In this document: positions 62,335 through 64,000 of the stretch, one piece after another
Layout of the letters: every line of letters starts with the position of its first letter
Position numbering within the stretch: position 1 is the first letter of the stretch
Assembly: GCF_004010195.1 (NCBI RefSeq)
Contig: NC_057711.1
Span: 81,543,366-81,607,365 of the forward strand
DNA length: 64,000 nucleotides
From: Chiloscyllium plagiosum
Taxonomy: Eukaryota
Direction: 5' to 3'
Made by a program: the position numbers and the translations under genes
The notes under the pieces: model-generated
The model's database searches: none
The model's input: the letters and a program-made list of their open reading frames with translations, nothing else
What the model was told of the DNA's origin: nothing

Positions 62335-62569
62335 CCATTAGCAGGTTGGGAACTCAAATGGTTCAGTGGCAGGTTTAGCATTGGCTGTTTGATGTGGTCA
62401 GTGGATTTGCAACTGACTTCCAGTTTCTGCCCAATGAGAGGGAGCAGTTATGATGATGATCTGCAGTAGGTTGTTTCAGCTCAACTAGACCGACCCAAGG
62501 CATGATGGAGATCTTCAGGCAGAGACAGAATCTACATGAATGAGGATACAACAAGGCAAGGGAGCACGC

Positions 62570-63100
62570 ACATCAGTTTTGCATCTCTTGTCATGATACT
62601 GTGGTCTCTAAGGGTTTGCAGGGAAAGTGTTTGCTGTGGATGAGAGGAAAAAAAGCAAGTTGTTTGAATGAGATAGAGGAGGAGGTACCTGGTCCCACAC
62701 TCCTAGATACAGCATAGCAGGAGGATCAACGACCTGATAAGGGCAAGAAAGGTGAGTGGCTTGGCACGTTTAACTATATCTTAATGATCCTGGAAACTCA
62801 ACTACTCTCATTCTGCTTTCCCAAGTATTCACCTGCATGTCATGATGCCTACTACCTCATATAGCTACCTCATCACATCCCTAACTGGTTTTCCATCAGT
62901 GACACTCAGTCTCATCTTAATGCAATGCTACACCCATCTCTCACAGTGACGCTCTGACAACTGGAGTGGTTCCATCCTGTCAACATTCCATTTCTCCTAT
63001 TCAATTCTTTACTTCCTCTCTAGTCATCTTCACTTACACCAGGCGCTGGGGATAAATCAAATCTCAGCAGATCTGACCATTAAAGATGGAAAGAAATTGG
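62570..63100 (+). mobile_element. Harbinger Myb/SANT-like remnant with intron
   Basis: SRRINDLIRARK|gtgagt, with the donor at 62752. Confidence 0.55.
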
Positions 63101-63184
63101 TCTCCCATTTCCCTGGTGACAGAATTATGTATCACAGAGCCAGTTGGCATACAAATGACCTTGTCTGCTCTATTTCAAGACTTT

Positions 63185-63690
63185 CAGAGAATCAAAGAAT
63201 GATACAGCATGAAAACAGACCCCTCAGTCCAACCAGCCCATACCGAATATAATCCCAAACTAAACTAGCCCCACCTGCCTGTTCCTGGCCCATATCCCTT
63301 CAAACATTTCCTGTTCATATACTGATCCAAATGTCTTTTATAAGTTGTAATTGTACCCACATCCAACAATCCATCAGGAAGTTCATTCCACAGGCGAACT
63401 ACCTTCTGTGTTAAAATCTACTCCTCATATATTTTGTAAATCTATCTCCCCACACCTTAAAATTGTGCCCCCTAGTCCTGAAATCCCCCATCCAAGGGAA
63501 AACACAAATACTATTAACTCTATCTATCTTCTCCATTATTTTATAAATTTCCCTTAGGTCACCTCTCAACACCTACACTCCAGTGAAAAAAGTCCAAGGC
63601 TATTCAGCCTTTCTTTATAACTCAAACCTTTCGTACCCAAAAACATCCTGGTAAAGCTCTTCTGAACCCTCTCCAGCTTAATAACTTCTG
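63185..63690 (-). mobile_element. CR1 3' fragment
   Basis: KLERVQKSFTRM...LSYKERLNSLGLFSLE. Confidence 0.92.
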
Positions 63691-64000
63691 GTAGACTCTT
63701 GAAACATACTTCAGCAGTTTCGTATTTTTGGCATATTCCAGGAAACCCATGCACAACATGAATGTGTGAATTTACAATAAGAAAATCAGATAGTGGGCAG
63801 TATCTAAATTGCTAATCTGACGGTCCATTTGGGAGTTCTCACACACTGCGGATCATGTGAAGATTAAAGGTACAATAGAATGGAATAGTTGTTTATTGTC
63901 ATTTGTTTATTTTACAAAAACATACAGTGGAAAGTGTTTAAGTCACCAATCCAAGGCACCTACATCAATAACAGAAGGCATAGATAAGAAAAACCTTTAA

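Overview
Repeat-rich, AT-rich vertebrate genomic DNA, most likely from an elasmobranch (shark/ray). This is inferred from HE1-type V-SINEs, abundant CR1-clade LINE fragments and Penelope-like elements. One 181-N gap lies at 326-506. I find no intact protein-coding gene and no intact transposon ORF. Most of the window is decayed mobile DNA: CR1 LINEs, tRNA-derived SINEs, Penelope-like elements whose ends carry minimal hammerhead-ribozyme cores, three probable solo LTRs and Harbinger Myb/SANT remnants. Between the repeats, the minus strand carries a chain of about 14 exon-like segments (about 55.3 kb down to 6.6 kb) with plausible splice sites, disrupted by stops, frameshifts and a SINE insertion. 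Read by eye, the chain gives an N-terminal signal anchor, a GT61-like region and an O-fucosyltransferase-like region. It is therefore a candidate unprocessed pseudogene of a two-domain type II glycosyltransferase that I cannot match to a named vertebrate gene; this family call needs a profile search. A recent inversion with a 560-bp duplication (34.7-37.1 kb) can be reconstructed from the sequence alone.
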